A stretch of 64,000 bases of DNA from an uncultured Candidatus Saccharibacteria bacterium. GTDB lineage: Bacteria > Patescibacteriota > Minisyncoccia > GWC2-36-17 > CAYHJU01. Positions 28,550 through 38,651 of this stretch are shown here, in pieces. A program made the translations under genes and the position numbers. Every line of letters starts with the position of its first letter. The stretch's first letter is position 1. The notes beneath the pieces are model-generated. The model saw only the letters and a program-made list of their open reading frames with translations, was not told the DNA's origin and did no database searches. The DNA is taken from NCBI GenBank assembly GCA_964357175.1, contig CAYHJU010000002.1, positions 598 to 64,597 of the forward strand. The letters are read 5' to 3'.

Positions 28550-31237
28550 ATGGAGAAAGAAACAAAAAATAAAAAAACACTTCTACTTTTAGATTCAAAC
28601 GGGCTTATTCATCGCGCTTATCATGCCTTGCCTCCTATGTCTAACCCCAAGGGCGAGATGGTGAACGCTGTTTATGGATTTATTAGTATTTTGCTTAGGG
28701 TTTTAAAAGAAATAAAACCGGATTTTGTGGCAGCGACTTTTGATTTAGCTGGCCCGACATTTCGCCATGAAGCATTTGCCGAGTATAAAATTCATCGTCC
28801 AAAAATGGATGATGATCTGGTAAAACAATTGCCATTGATTAGAGAGGTGGTGGGCGCTTTAAATATTCCAGCCTATGAAAAACAAGGATTTGAAGCGGAT
28901 GACGTGATAGGCACGATCTCATCATTGGTTTCTAAAAAACACAAAGATGTTGAGGTGATTATTTTAAGCGGCGACATGGACACTTTGCAACTGGTAGAGA
29001 AAAATGTGCGAGTTTATACATTTAAAAAAGGCGTGAGCGATGCAATGATTTATGGAGAAAAAGAGGTTTTAGAGAGATACGGGCTAACTCCCTCGCAGGT
29101 GGCTGATTTTAAAGGTTTAAAAGGCGACCCATCAGACAATATCCCGGGAGTGCCGGGCATAGGCGACAAGTCGGCATCTGCGCTTTTGCAACACTTCGGA
29201 AACATAGAAAAAATCTACAAATATCTTACAGGTAAGAAAAAAGATGCCAAGGCGGAAAAAATCATTAAGCCTAAGATGCGCCAGTCGTTGGAAGAAAATA
29301 AAGATCAGGCATTTTTCAGCCGAGAGCTTGCCACAATAAATTCAAAAGTTCCCGTAAAATTCAAACTGGAGGATTCTAAATTTAGCGAGAAAGATTTGCA
29401 AAACGACAAGCTTTATAAATTCATACAATCGATGGGATTTTTCAGTTTGATTTCACGCTTAAACTCCCAAGAGAAATTATTTGAAAGTCCGCAAATATCT
29501 CCTGTCTCTTCTGTAAAACAAGAAAACATTTTTGAAAAATCGTCTAAAAACTTTAAAAGCGATTCTGATTTTGAAAAAAAGCTTGAAAAATGTGAAAAGG
29601 TAGGGATTTTTTGCCATGACGATAAAATTTTCACCTTGCTTGATTTAGGAGATAAAAAAGAATCCTTTGAAATTCCCCAGGAAAATTTCCCCTTTGATAA
29701 ATTTTGGCAAAAATTAAACAGCGGCGAGTTGAAGCTGAAAGTTTTTGATTTTAAAGAGTTGCTCCACGTCGGAAATTGCGATTTGGAAAAACATCCAAAA
29801 ATTCGCCATGCTGATTTTTTTGACATTAAAATTGCCGCTTGGATTTTGCGCCCAGGAGAGCGCGATTATAGTTTAGAGAAAATATTTTTTTCACACACCA
29901 AAGAAAAACTGGAAAGTATTCACGACACAACAGCCCATCTTTTTAGGTTAAGCGACATTTTGGAAGAAAAAATTTCTCAAATAAATCTGCAAGATGTCTT
30001 ACAAAAAATTGAACAGCCTCTGAGCATCGTTCTTTATCAAATGGAAAAGCGCGGCATAGCTTTAGATAAATCTATTTTGGCAGATCTTAATAAAAAAATA
30101 GACAAAGAGATTGAAAAATCCGAAAAGGAAATCTATAAATTGGCGGGCACGGAGTTTAATATCAGCTCACCCAAGCAACTTTCTGAAATTTTATTTAAAA
30201 AATTAAAAATTGAAACCCAAGATTTGCGCAAAACGCCGGGCGGCGTGTTGTCCACGCAGGCGTCGGAATTGGAAAAATTAAAGGATAAGCACAAAATAAT
30301 TGATTGGATACTTCAATATCGCGAAATGACAAAATTAAAAACCACCTATGTCGTGCCCCTGCCTCTTTTGGTGGACACGTCTTCAAGAATTCACACAAAT
30401 TTCAATCAGGAGGGCACGGCCACTGGGCGGCTTTCTTCAGACAATCCTAATTTGCAAAATATTCCTACTCGCTCTAGTTGGGGTACAGCCGTCAGGCGGG
30501 CTTTTGTGGCGCAAAAAGGCTACAAGCTTGTGTCTTTTGATTATTCACAAATAGAGCTTAGGGTTGCGGCATCTTTGGCGCACGATAAAAAAATGCTCCA
30601 GATATTTAAGGAGGGAAAAGATATTCATGCGATGACCGCAGCGGAAATTGAGGGTGTTTCCGAAAAAGAAGTGACGTCAGCTTTGCGCAGAGAGGCAAAA
30701 ATTTTAAATTTCGGAGTACTTTATGGCATGAGCGCGCAAGGATTTTCAGAGGCGGCGGGTGTTTCGCGCGAAAGAGCGGGCGAATTTATAAAACAGTATT
30801 TTAAAACATTTGAGGGGGTCGCTCAGCTTGTGGAGAATTTAAAAAATCAAGTTAAGGCCAAAGGATATGTGGAGACGCTCACGGGTCGTCGCAGATATCT
30901 GCCGGAGATTTATGCTTCAAATTGGCATATTCGCCAGGCGGCAGAGCGCGCGGCGATAAATATGCCGCTTCAAGGGCTGGCGGCGGATATTTTAAAGATG
31001 GCGATGATTAAAATTTATGATGATATTTTGGAAAAACAAAGTCCCGAAGACATTCGTATGATTTTACAGGTGCACGACGAACTTGTTTTTGAAATAAAAG
31101 AAGACAAGGTGAAAGATTTTGTTTCCAGCATTAAAAATATAATGGAGCAAAGTTATAAGTTGGAAGCGCCAGTGGTCGTTGACGCAAAAGAAGGAGATAA
31201 TTGGGGAGAGTTAGAAGAAATTCACCCTGTTAAATAA
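28550..31237 (+). CDS. polA: DNA polymerase I
   Basis: 5'-3' exonuclease (EADD, GDPSDNIPGVPGIG), TGRLSS, DYSQIELR, QVHDEL. Confidence 0.98.
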   Translation: MEKETKNKKTLLLLDSNGLIHRAYHALPPMSNPKGEMVNAVYGFISILLRVLKEIKPDFVAATFDLAGPTFRHEAFAEYKIHRPKMDDDLVKQLPLIREVVGALNIPAYEKQGFEADDVIGTISSLVSKKHKDVEVIILSGDMDTLQLVEKNVRVYTFKKGVSDAMIYGEKEVLERYGLTPSQVADFKGLKGDPSDNIPGVPGIGDKSASALLQHFGNIEKIYKYLTGKKKDAKAEKIIKPKMRQSLEENKDQAFFSRELATINSKVPVKFKLEDSKFSEKDLQNDKLYKFIQSMGFFSLISRLNSQEKLFESPQISPVSSVKQENIFEKSSKNFKSDSDFEKKLEKCEKVGIFCHDDKIFTLLDLGDKKESFEIPQENFPFDKFWQKLNSGELKLKVFDFKELLHVGNCDLEKHPKIRHADFFDIKIAAWILRPGERDYSLEKIFFSHTKEKLESIHDTTAHLFRLSDILEEKISQINLQDVLQKIEQPLSIVLYQMEKRGIALDKSILADLNKKIDKEIEKSEKEIYKLAGTEFNISSPKQLSEILFKKLKIETQDLRKTPGGVLSTQASELEKLKDKHKIIDWILQYREMTKLKTTYVVPLPLLVDTSSRIHTNFNQEGTATGRLSSDNPNLQNIPTRSSWGTAVRRAFVAQKGYKLVSFDYSQIELRVAASLAHDKKMLQIFKEGKDIHAMTAAEIEGVSEKEVTSALRREAKILNFGVLYGMSAQGFSEAAGVSRERAGEFIKQYFKTFEGVAQLVENLKNQVKAKGYVETLTGRRRYLPEIYASNWHIRQAAERAAINMPLQGLAADILKMAMIKIYDDILEKQSPEDIRMILQVHDELVFEIKEDKVKDFVSSIKNIMEQSYKLEAPVVVDAKEGDNWGELEEIHPVK

Positions 31238-31366
31238 TTTTAAATTTTATATAAAATTTAAAATTAAAATTTTCTGCTCAAGTTCACTTGCTTAAAATTT
31301 AATAAAACAAATAATAATACAAATGATTTTTTATTTAAAACAAAAGAAAATTTTATTTAACGGGGT
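31224..31366. repeat. 143-bp IR-bounded element (ACCCTGTTAAATAA...TTATTTAACGGGGT) overlapping the polA stop and nfo start
   Basis: 14-bp arms with one mismatch; very AT-rich interior. Confidence 0.75.
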
Positions 31367-32201
31367 AAAATTTGGAGCACACATATCAATAGCCGGAGGT
31401 GTGCAAAACGCCCCGAAAAATGCCAAAGATATCGGTTGTGAAGCGTTTCAGATGTTTACTCATCCTCCGCAGATGGGGAAAGTTCCGTCTCTTTCTGAAA
31501 AATCGGTGAGCGAATTTAAAAAAGAATTGAAAAAATATAAATTTACAAATTTTTATATACACGCGCCATATATAGTAAATTTCGCTTCCCAAAACCCTGC
31601 CATTCGCCATGCCACAATTAGCATTGTGAGAAACAATCTAGAAAGAGCCGATCTTTTAGGCGCCTCGGCTATGATGACCCATTTGGGAAGCTCTCGCGAG
31701 GCGGGGAAAGAGGAGGGGCTAAAATATGTCGTAAAAGGCCTCAACGAAACTCTTGAAGGATATAAGGGTAAAACTAAATTTTTAATTGAAATTTCTGCTG
31801 GCGCGGGCAGTGTCGTCGGGGGCACACTTGAAGAAATCGCGTGGATTTTGAAAAATATTAAAAATAAAAATGTTGGAGTATGTTTTGACACCCAGCATGC
31901 TTTTGCTTCCGGATATGATTTGCGAAGTGCGGAAAAAGTTGATGAAGTTTTTAAAAAATTTGATAAATTGATCGGCCTGGAAAAATTGGCGGTGATTCAT
32001 ACAAATGATTCAAAAACCGAGTTTGATTCTCATAAAGACAGACATGAACATATCGGCAAGGGGTTTTTGGGGCTTTCTGCGTTTGAGGCGCTCCTTTCGC
32101 GTCCATATTTGAAAGATAAAGATTTTATTTTGGAAACAGAGTCGGATTTGGTGGAAGAAGATTTGAAAGTTTTAAAAGATATTCGAAAAAATTTAATATA
32201 A
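31323..32201 (+). CDS. nfo: Endonuclease IV
   Basis: FGAHISIAGG, HAPYIVN, CFDTQHAFASGYD, HTNDSK, DRHEHIG. Confidence 0.95.
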   Translation: MIFYLKQKKILFNGVKFGAHISIAGGVQNAPKNAKDIGCEAFQMFTHPPQMGKVPSLSEKSVSEFKKELKKYKFTNFYIHAPYIVNFASQNPAIRHATISIVRNNLERADLLGASAMMTHLGSSREAGKEEGLKYVVKGLNETLEGYKGKTKFLIEISAGAGSVVGGTLEEIAWILKNIKNKNVGVCFDTQHAFASGYDLRSAEKVDEVFKKFDKLIGLEKLAVIHTNDSKTEFDSHKDRHEHIGKGFLGLSAFEALLSRPYLKDKDFILETESDLVEEDLKVLKDIRKNLI

Positions 32202-32241
32202 AAAATAAGCCCCTAAATGGGGCTTATTTTTTTAATTGCTT

Positions 32242-32637
32242 TTAACTAAGTTTTTTAAGTTTTTCTTCCAATCCTTTAATTTGATTCCTAAAAATTCTAA
32301 ATCTTCTATTTAAACTTTCCACATGTTCAACTACTTCAGGTTTATTGAGATCATTGATATGCACTTCCAAATACTTAAATCGGTCAGCCTCATTTTCTTG
32401 ATGTTCTTGATTTAATTTCTCCAATTGAGTTGTCAGCTCTCCTTTAAGGGCTTCTATTTCTTTACGAGCCTCTATCTCTTCGGGGCTCATTACTTTGCTC
32501 GTTACTTTTTCTTTGGTTAGGGTGCCTGCTCTGGCCTGATTTTCAAGATCTTTGACCATTGATTCCAATGATGGTTTTTTAGAGACCCCTCCTTTTTTAG
32601 GGTCTAAGTCCGCTAACATTTTTTCTATATTATTCAT
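32242..32637 (-). CDS. Hypothetical coiled-coil protein
   Basis: 131 aa, E/K-rich; shares the hairpin terminator at 32201-32232. Confidence 0.6.
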   Translation of the reverse strand: MNNIEKMLADLDPKKGGVSKKPSLESMVKDLENQARAGTLTKEKVTSKVMSPEEIEARKEIEALKGELTTQLEKLNQEHQENEADRFKYLEVHINDLNKPEVVEHVESLNRRFRIFRNQIKGLEEKLKKLS

Positions 32638-32809
32638 ATTTATTATTTTATTTATTTTAATTCAAAAGAGATTAGCACTCAATCTCTTCCTCGTCATTGT
32701 ACACCATATGCGCATATATTGCAAGAGATAGGGACGACACAAACAGTTGTCTATTATTTGTAGTTAATCGCCAATTGAATTATCATAAAAACATACTAAA
32801 TAAATAATG

Positions 32810-32844
32810 TTCTAGATTCTAACTCCTAGATTCTAGATTCTGTA
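32810..32844. repeat. Heptamer tandem array (TTCTAGA-like x5)
   Basis: ttctaga ttctaac tcctaga ttctaga ttctgta immediately before the mutM start. Confidence 0.7.
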
Positions 32845-32847
32845 TGC

Positions 32848-33729
32848 ATGCCCGAACTTCCAGAGGTGCAGACTACTATAAATGGTTTGCGCAGAAAAAT
32901 TTTAAACAAAAAAATATTATCGGTTTGGAGCGATTGGCAAAAAGTTGCCAAAAGTCCTCTGCCGTTTTCTGCGTTTCAAAAATTGGTAGTTGGTAAAAAA
33001 ATAGAGGAAATTGAGCGCCACGGTAAAAACATCGTTTTTTACCTGTCGGGTGGCATTGTGATGGTGGCGCATCAAAAAATGACAGGGCATTTTATGGTGG
33101 GGAAATTTGTTTTGCAGGATGGTAAAATGTTAGCGCAGGATAAAAAAATCTCCAAAGACCCCTACAATAAATATATTCATCTTCTATTTAAATTGAGCGG
33201 GGGTGGCGATTTGGCTTTGTCCGATGTGCGCAAATTTGCCCATGTTTTTGCGGGTCGTGACGCGCAAGATATATTTAAAAAAAGCGGCGTGGATAAATTG
33301 GGCCCTGACGCCTTGAAAGTTTCAGCGAATGATTTTGATAAATCAATCCAAAAACAAAAACGTCCGATTAAAGCAGTTTTAATGGATCAAGAATTGATTT
33401 CTGGCATCGGCAATATATATGGAGATGAAATTTTATGGGAAGCAAAAATAAATCCATTTTCTCGTTCAAACAATTTAAGCGCTACGCAGATAAAAAATAT
33501 ATTTAAAGCAACCCACAAAATTTTACCTTATGCGACAAAACTGGGTGGCACAAGCACGAGCGATTATCGCGATACTGCCGGACAAAAAGGAAAATACGGA
33601 TTGCATCTTAAAGCGTATCGGCAAACAGACAAAAAATGTTCAAGGAAAGACGGGGGTGTTATTCAAAGGAAGGTTTTAAATCAGCGTTCGGCGCATTTTT
33701 GCTCTAGATGCCAAAAATTAATCAAATAA
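32848..33729 (+). CDS. mutM: Formamidopyrimidine-DNA glycosylase
   Basis: MPELPEV, DVRKF, GIGNIY, C-terminal zinc-finger region. Confidence 0.95.
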   Translation: MPELPEVQTTINGLRRKILNKKILSVWSDWQKVAKSPLPFSAFQKLVVGKKIEEIERHGKNIVFYLSGGIVMVAHQKMTGHFMVGKFVLQDGKMLAQDKKISKDPYNKYIHLLFKLSGGGDLALSDVRKFAHVFAGRDAQDIFKKSGVDKLGPDALKVSANDFDKSIQKQKRPIKAVLMDQELISGIGNIYGDEILWEAKINPFSRSNNLSATQIKNIFKATHKILPYATKLGGTSTSDYRDTAGQKGKYGLHLKAYRQTDKKCSRKDGGVIQRKVLNQRSAHFCSRCQKLIK

Positions 33730-33736
33730 AGATGGC

Positions 33737-34750
33737 ATGATCTACTATTTTTACGGAAAAGAAAGGTTTTTAAACCAAAAAAAGGCGCAAGAATACACGG
33801 AAAAATATAAAAACAAATATCCGGCATCTTTGGGTTTTTATGCTTTTGGCGTGGAAAATTTCTTACCGGATGAAATGGAAAGTGCCGTAAAAACCCTTTC
33901 AATGTTTGGCGAAAACAAGCTCATCGTTTTACAAAGCGTCCAGGATTTTCCAGGTGAAAACCTAGACAAAATTCATAATTTGATGAAAGAAAATGATTTA
34001 ATTAACCACAAAAACATCTTTTTGATTTTTACAGCGGAAAATCAGACGGGGGAAGATTTATCAAAAAAACACGACCTTTTCAAAACTTTGGAGGCCTTAA
34101 CTCAAAGCGCAAATCTTTCTCAAAGCTCAAAACAATCCACCGACTTAAGTCCGGTAAAGCTACGCGCATTTATTGAAGACGAGGCAAATAGGTTGGGATT
34201 AAAATTAAACTCAAAATTAATTTCCTTACTGTTGCAGACAGGCGCGGATATTTCAACTATCGCCAATAATTTACAGATGCTTTCTGATTTTCAAGCACAA
34301 ACAAATCGGCCTATTGAGGAGAAAGATTTTGCAGACTTGATAGAAAACCATATCGTTTTAGATGAAAATGCCATTTTCAGATCTATTGACGCTATTGCGT
34401 CGGGTCACGCCAGTCAGGCCTTGGATATTTTTTATGCTCTTTTGCAAAAAGATAATGAGGCGATTTATAGTATTTGGGGAATGTTAGGATATTTTTTACG
34501 CAATCTTATTATCGTGCGAAGTTTGCTGGATGAAGGGGGTGAAAAAGAAGAGATTATAAAAAAATCAGAGCTGAAACCATTTGTAGTGCAAAAATACATG
34601 GAATTTTCCAAAAATTTAAAAATGGATCAAATTTTAAAACTGCACACGCTTTTAACGGATTTAGACGTTAAAATAAAAACCGGCCAAATAGATGGCCAGA
34701 CAGCGCTTGAACTTTTTGTCTCGAAAGTTTCTTCGATGTTAAAAAAATAA
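33737..34750 (+). CDS. holA: DNA polymerase III delta subunit
   Basis: MIYYFYGKE, LSMFGENKLIV, DLDVKIKTG; adjacent to rpsT. Confidence 0.85.
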   Translation: MIYYFYGKERFLNQKKAQEYTEKYKNKYPASLGFYAFGVENFLPDEMESAVKTLSMFGENKLIVLQSVQDFPGENLDKIHNLMKENDLINHKNIFLIFTAENQTGEDLSKKHDLFKTLEALTQSANLSQSSKQSTDLSPVKLRAFIEDEANRLGLKLNSKLISLLLQTGADISTIANNLQMLSDFQAQTNRPIEEKDFADLIENHIVLDENAIFRSIDAIASGHASQALDIFYALLQKDNEAIYSIWGMLGYFLRNLIIVRSLLDEGGEKEEIIKKSELKPFVVQKYMEFSKNLKMDQILKLHTLLTDLDVKIKTGQIDGQTALELFVSKVSSMLKK

Positions 34751-34779
34751 AATCGCCCTTTGTGGGGCGATTTTATTTT

Positions 34780-35049
34780 TTATTTCTTATTTAAGCTATT
34801 TGCCAATTTGGTTAAGCGGGATTTTTTGCGGGCGGCAGTGTTTTTCTTTATGGTGCCGTGTTTGGCGGCCTTGTCTAAGAATTTATAAAGCTTGGGAATT
34901 ATCACTTTAGCATCTTTCGTTTTTTTCTCTGTGATAAGTTTTTTCAGATCGCGTGTTAAATTTCTTACATTAGTAAGATAATATAAGTTCATCTCTTTGC
35001 GTCTGGCATTTTGTCTCAAAGCTTTTTTTGCTGATTGTATATTTGGCAT
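34780..35049 (-). CDS. rpsT: 30S ribosomal protein S20
   Basis: MPNIQSAKK, LDKAAK...NTAARKKSRL. Confidence 0.97.
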   Translation of the reverse strand: MPNIQSAKKALRQNARRKEMNLYYLTNVRNLTRDLKKLITEKKTKDAKVIIPKLYKFLDKAAKHGTIKKNTAARKKSRLTKLANSLNKK

Positions 35050-35202
35050 AAAAAATTATTTTCCGGAGGTTATTTGCAATTATTTCTGAGTATACTATAT
35101 AAATAAATTTTTGCAAGAGCCCCGTGTTTGTTCAAATTGTGGATTTTATAAGCTGTTTGCTTTTTTAAAAAAGTTAAATATAATGAAAGTACAATTGAAT
35201 AT

Positions 35203-35277
35203 TCCGCGGTAGCTCAGTGGTAGAGCAGGCGACTGTTAATCGCTTGGTCGCTGGTTCGAATCCAGCCCGCGGAGCCA
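35203..35277 (+). tRNA. tRNA-Asn (GTT), CCA encoded
   Basis: Acceptor TCCGCGG/CCGCGGA, anticodon arm ggcga-ctGTTaa-tcgct, GGTTCGAATCC T-arm. Confidence 0.97.
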
Positions 35278-36879
35278 TGTGGGATGAGCAGAGCCAAAAG
35301 CTCTGCTTTTCTCTTTATCTACGGGCTTTTTTAGCGGTTCGAATGTTGTATTTTTGTCTGTATTTTCTCCCAACATCTGTGATACTCGTTCAAATACCAT
35401 TTTGAAGGCTTTCTGGTATGAAATCTCAACTTTTTTGCCATTTATAATGGGGTTCGAAAATAAAAGGGACAAAAGTTGTTTCTTGTCGTCGACCATTTCG
35501 ATTGTGCTTCGATTCAAATAAATTCTCCTTGCCTCTTTAGCCATTTGTAAAAAGGTTGACCCCATATCGTAATACTTGAGGTTGGCATTTTTGTGCTTAT
35601 TCAAACCGTCCAGCACTTCCTCCTGTTCAATTTTGTATTGCTGGTACTTTTTCTGGTAGAAGTCCTCACTAATCTTGCCATCGATCTTATCATCGTAGAT
35701 CTTGTCCAGTCTCTGCGTGGCTACTTGGTAGCGTCGCTCGAGTTCGCCGGTGGCCTTTTGTCTGAATTCTATCTCCTCGCCGTGGCTTTCTTTGAGAGCC
35801 TCTTGGACCCAAGTCAGCATATTCTCTATGGCCTCATCGTGTTTTGAGCTTAAGTGTTCGATATTTTCCATTACTTGCAGGTCAATGTTCTCTTGTTTGA
35901 CCCATTCCTTTTGCTGGCAGTTTTTATAATGATTGCAGTGGCCATACCAGTGGCCTTTTTGTATCTCCCAAGTTATCCGGCCTTTACATTCCTCGCAGTG
36001 GAAGACATTTTTAAATAATGGATTGTGCTTGTTGTACTTCGGCGTGCCATTACTATGCATGATGTCTTGGCATCGCATGAATAATTCTTTGGTTATAAGT
36101 GGTTCGTGTCCGCCTTGAGCAACTTTTCCATTCCAGCGATTCATTCCGTAATAAAACGGATCACCAAGTAATTGGTGGACTCGTGAGTGACTGACTTTAT
36201 TTCCTCCCCGAGACCGCATGCCGAGTTTATGCATTTCATCGGCCAGTTTTTTGGTTGAGTAGCGATTGGAGGCATAAAGGTCAAACATCTTTTTGACCAG
36301 CGGAGATTTGTCCGGATCAATGATGTGGATTTTGTGCCCCTTCTCGCCAGTGGTTTGATATCCGAGTGGCGGTTTGCTTGGTAGCCAGCCTTGAGCCAGC
36401 TTTTCTTTTTGTCCCTTTTTCACATTCTCGGAAAGCAGACGGATATAATATTCGGCCGTGGCCACTTTGACTCGCCACATAAACCATTCGTGCGACTTGG
36501 AGTCTTTGTGGAGTGTACAGCCTTCTTTGACGAGGTGGATTGTGTGTCTTTCGTCCGCCAGTATCCATTCGTCAATTATCGGCACATCGGCGAAGTTACG
36601 GGTTAGGCGGTCGGTGGTTTCCACGAAGACCGTATTGATCTTGGCTTTGGTCACATAGTCCAGCATCTCGTGGAATATCTTGCGTTGGATTTTTCCGGCC
36701 GCCGATTCTTGAATGGCAAAAACTTTTACCAGATCAAAACCGTTTCTATCGGCATAATCGTGTAAAAGTTTTTCTTGAGCTGGTAGTGAGTAGCCAGTGT
36801 CTTCTTGGTCTTTGGAAGAGACACGGGCATATCCTACGGCTCGCATCGATTCATTTTCGTTTTGCATTGTCATAGTCAT
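35236..36879 (-). CDS. Large serine recombinase (integrase); C-terminus runs antisense into tRNA-Asn
   Basis: YARVSS catalytic motif, DRLTRN, PPLGY, DPFYYG, HEPLI, Zn-ribbon CEEC, coiled coil. Confidence 0.95.
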   Translation of the reverse strand: MTMTMQNENESMRAVGYARVSSKDQEDTGYSLPAQEKLLHDYADRNGFDLVKVFAIQESAAGKIQRKIFHEMLDYVTKAKINTVFVETTDRLTRNFADVPIIDEWILADERHTIHLVKEGCTLHKDSKSHEWFMWRVKVATAEYYIRLLSENVKKGQKEKLAQGWLPSKPPLGYQTTGEKGHKIHIIDPDKSPLVKKMFDLYASNRYSTKKLADEMHKLGMRSRGGNKVSHSRVHQLLGDPFYYGMNRWNGKVAQGGHEPLITKELFMRCQDIMHSNGTPKYNKHNPLFKNVFHCEECKGRITWEIQKGHWYGHCNHYKNCQQKEWVKQENIDLQVMENIEHLSSKHDEAIENMLTWVQEALKESHGEEIEFRQKATGELERRYQVATQRLDKIYDDKIDGKISEDFYQKKYQQYKIEQEEVLDGLNKHKNANLKYYDMGSTFLQMAKEARRIYLNRSTIEMVDDKKQLLSLLFSNPIINGKKVEISYQKAFKMVFERVSQMLGENTDKNTTFEPLKKPVDKEKSRAFGSAHPTWLRGLDSNQRPSD

Positions 36880-36977
36880 AATTTTGTTAATTTTACTAAG
36901 GTTCGAATTCGACTTTTGGTCTCAAGACACAACATACGCTATTTTTTCGGACAAGCTAAGCTCGAGTTGCCCACAGC

Positions 36978-37412
36978 TCATTTTTGTTGTTTTTTCTTGA
37001 CGCTTTCTAGTATTTCCGTGATGCGATAATAGTCTCGCTCATAGTCTTCGTCTGTATGGCCACCTCTTATACCGTTCTCGGATGGCGGACCGCTGACAAT
37101 GTCTAAAATTGCTTTAGCGGCTCGGAATTTCATTGCATCACTTTTGGCTCCCATAAGTGAGACCAAGATGTTGGCCGCAGTTACAGAATATTTCGCCAGT
37201 ATGGTATCCATTTCTTTATCACGAGTACTGTTTCTTTCTTTTTCGTATCGGTCGTATTCGTCTTTCAGTAAGCCATCTGACCGAAACCATCTCTTTACAC
37301 TGACATGAGAGACTTTAAGCATCCGGGCAATCTCTAAATAAGTAAAATCGCCATATTTTAAGCGGATCGCATTCTGATATTTTTCATTTTTTATGTCTAC
37401 AGATTTAGCCAT
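36978..37412 (-). CDS. HTH protein (phage terminase-small-subunit-like architecture)
   Basis: TYLEIARMLKVSHVSVKRW HTH; MKFRAAKAILD. Confidence 0.55.
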   Translation of the reverse strand: MAKSVDIKNEKYQNAIRLKYGDFTYLEIARMLKVSHVSVKRWFRSDGLLKDEYDRYEKERNSTRDKEMDTILAKYSVTAANILVSLMGAKSDAMKFRAAKAILDIVSGPPSENGIRGGHTDEDYERDYYRITEILESVKKKQQK

Positions 37413-37500
37413 TTGGGTATCACTTAGTATCGTTTAACGATTGTTTATTATCGGCTTTTTGCTCATTTCGTTGCCCAATGTTGCCGTTTATAACCAAAAA

Positions 37501-38073
37501 TCATTTGTTTTGTAGGGTCATCTTGGCTACGAGTTTAGCTCTGGCCTCGGCCAAGAGTTTTAAATTCTTTGACCGGCCGTTAATTTCTTTATTATTTTCT
37601 TTAATTTCTTTTAATCCCTTATCTTCTATATCTTCTGCACCGGAGGCAGTCTGCGTGCTATGCCGTCCGGCTTTTGATGCTGATTGGTTTCCACCCTGCG
37701 TCAGATGTAGGACGGAAAGCAAAGTGATACCTCGGGGCTTGAACTTGGCGTCCTCGCCCCGAGTTTTCGTGATTGCGATAAAAGCCCACTCCTCGAGTTT
37801 GGACAAACAATTCTTAATCGTTCGCCAGTCTTTGAGTCCGGAATAAATCAAAAGCGTTTTGTTGGACGCCTCTATGGTTTGACTGGCTTTGTTGGAGGCA
37901 ATCTCGGTCAAAGCCAGATACATGTTCCGGAGATTCCGGTAGGCATCAATGCTTATATGCTTATCGAGCCATTGTTGTCGCATGTACCGCAAAGCTGGCT
38001 TATCTTGGTAAGCAAACGGCAATTCGCGATAATCCCTGATCTTATGTGGTTTGTCGCTCGGGTACTGTGTCAT
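37501..38073 (-). CDS. Possible replication-initiator-like wHTH protein
   Basis: MYLALTEIA...TIKNCLSKLEEWAFI wHTH followed by KEIKENNKE linker typical of phage Rep proteins. Confidence 0.5.
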   Translation of the reverse strand: MTQYPSDKPHKIRDYRELPFAYQDKPALRYMRQQWLDKHISIDAYRNLRNMYLALTEIASNKASQTIEASNKTLLIYSGLKDWRTIKNCLSKLEEWAFIAITKTRGEDAKFKPRGITLLSVLHLTQGGNQSASKAGRHSTQTASGAEDIEDKGLKEIKENNKEINGRSKNLKLLAEARAKLVAKMTLQNK

Positions 38074-38251
38074 ATGGTTCTATAAGCTTTCGACCGCTCG
38101 TGATATCCTCCCAGTAGAATCGCGACAGAGCATCGTAATAACTCACAAGGTTGAATGCAATGTCGTGGAGGTCTTGATCATTCACTTCTTGGCCAAAGTC
38201 TTTCTTGAGAATCGCTCGGAGTTTTTCCAGCGTTTCCGGTTTTAACTTCAT
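38042..38251 (-). CDS. Small hypothetical protein of the integrative element
   Basis: 69 aa, in operon with neighbours. Confidence 0.6.
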   Translation of the reverse strand: MKLKPETLEKLRAILKKDFGQEVNDQDLHDIAFNLVSYYDALSRFYWEDITSGRKLIEPYDTVPERQTT

Positions 38252-38253
38252 AT

Positions 38254-38505
38254 TTATTCGTGGACATAGATCCTGGCTTTGGCGATTTTGATTTGGTTAA
38301 AGAACGCTTGAGGTTCGACCACAAGCTCTCGTTTCCAAAAACTGTCCATAAGCTTTTCGAGCTTGCGGTCAGTTTTAAATCCAAAGAGGACCTTATGCGG
38401 ATTTGTCCGATCCACGACCTCAAGAGATTCGGGCATTAATAATAAAAGCACCGCGATCAATGCCAGATCGGCGGTCTTGAAACTCTCACTTTGTTTGATT
38501 GGCAT
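38254..38505 (-). CDS. DUF5659-like small protein
   Basis: FKTADLAL...KVLFGF...LVVEPQAFFNQIKIAKARIY. Confidence 0.6.
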   Translation of the reverse strand: MPIKQSESFKTADLALIAVLLLLMPESLEVVDRTNPHKVLFGFKTDRKLEKLMDSFWKRELVVEPQAFFNQIKIAKARIYVHE

Positions 38506-38651
38506 ATCATTTCATTTTTTTACTCTCACACATTTACATTTTGCCAATCCATACCTATCTCTTGGAATAATGTCCGGGTGTAGTTTGCCAACAAAAAAGA
38601 GCCCTATTTCAGGCTCTCCCATTGAAGTTATTAACTACACCGACTATTACG

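Noticed and set aside
36899-36912. GGTTCGAAT as a second att site (tRNA T-arm fragment)
   Set aside because: Short match without the acceptor end; it would bound only the integrase. The GAGCCA at 52675 explains both the tail and the terminator
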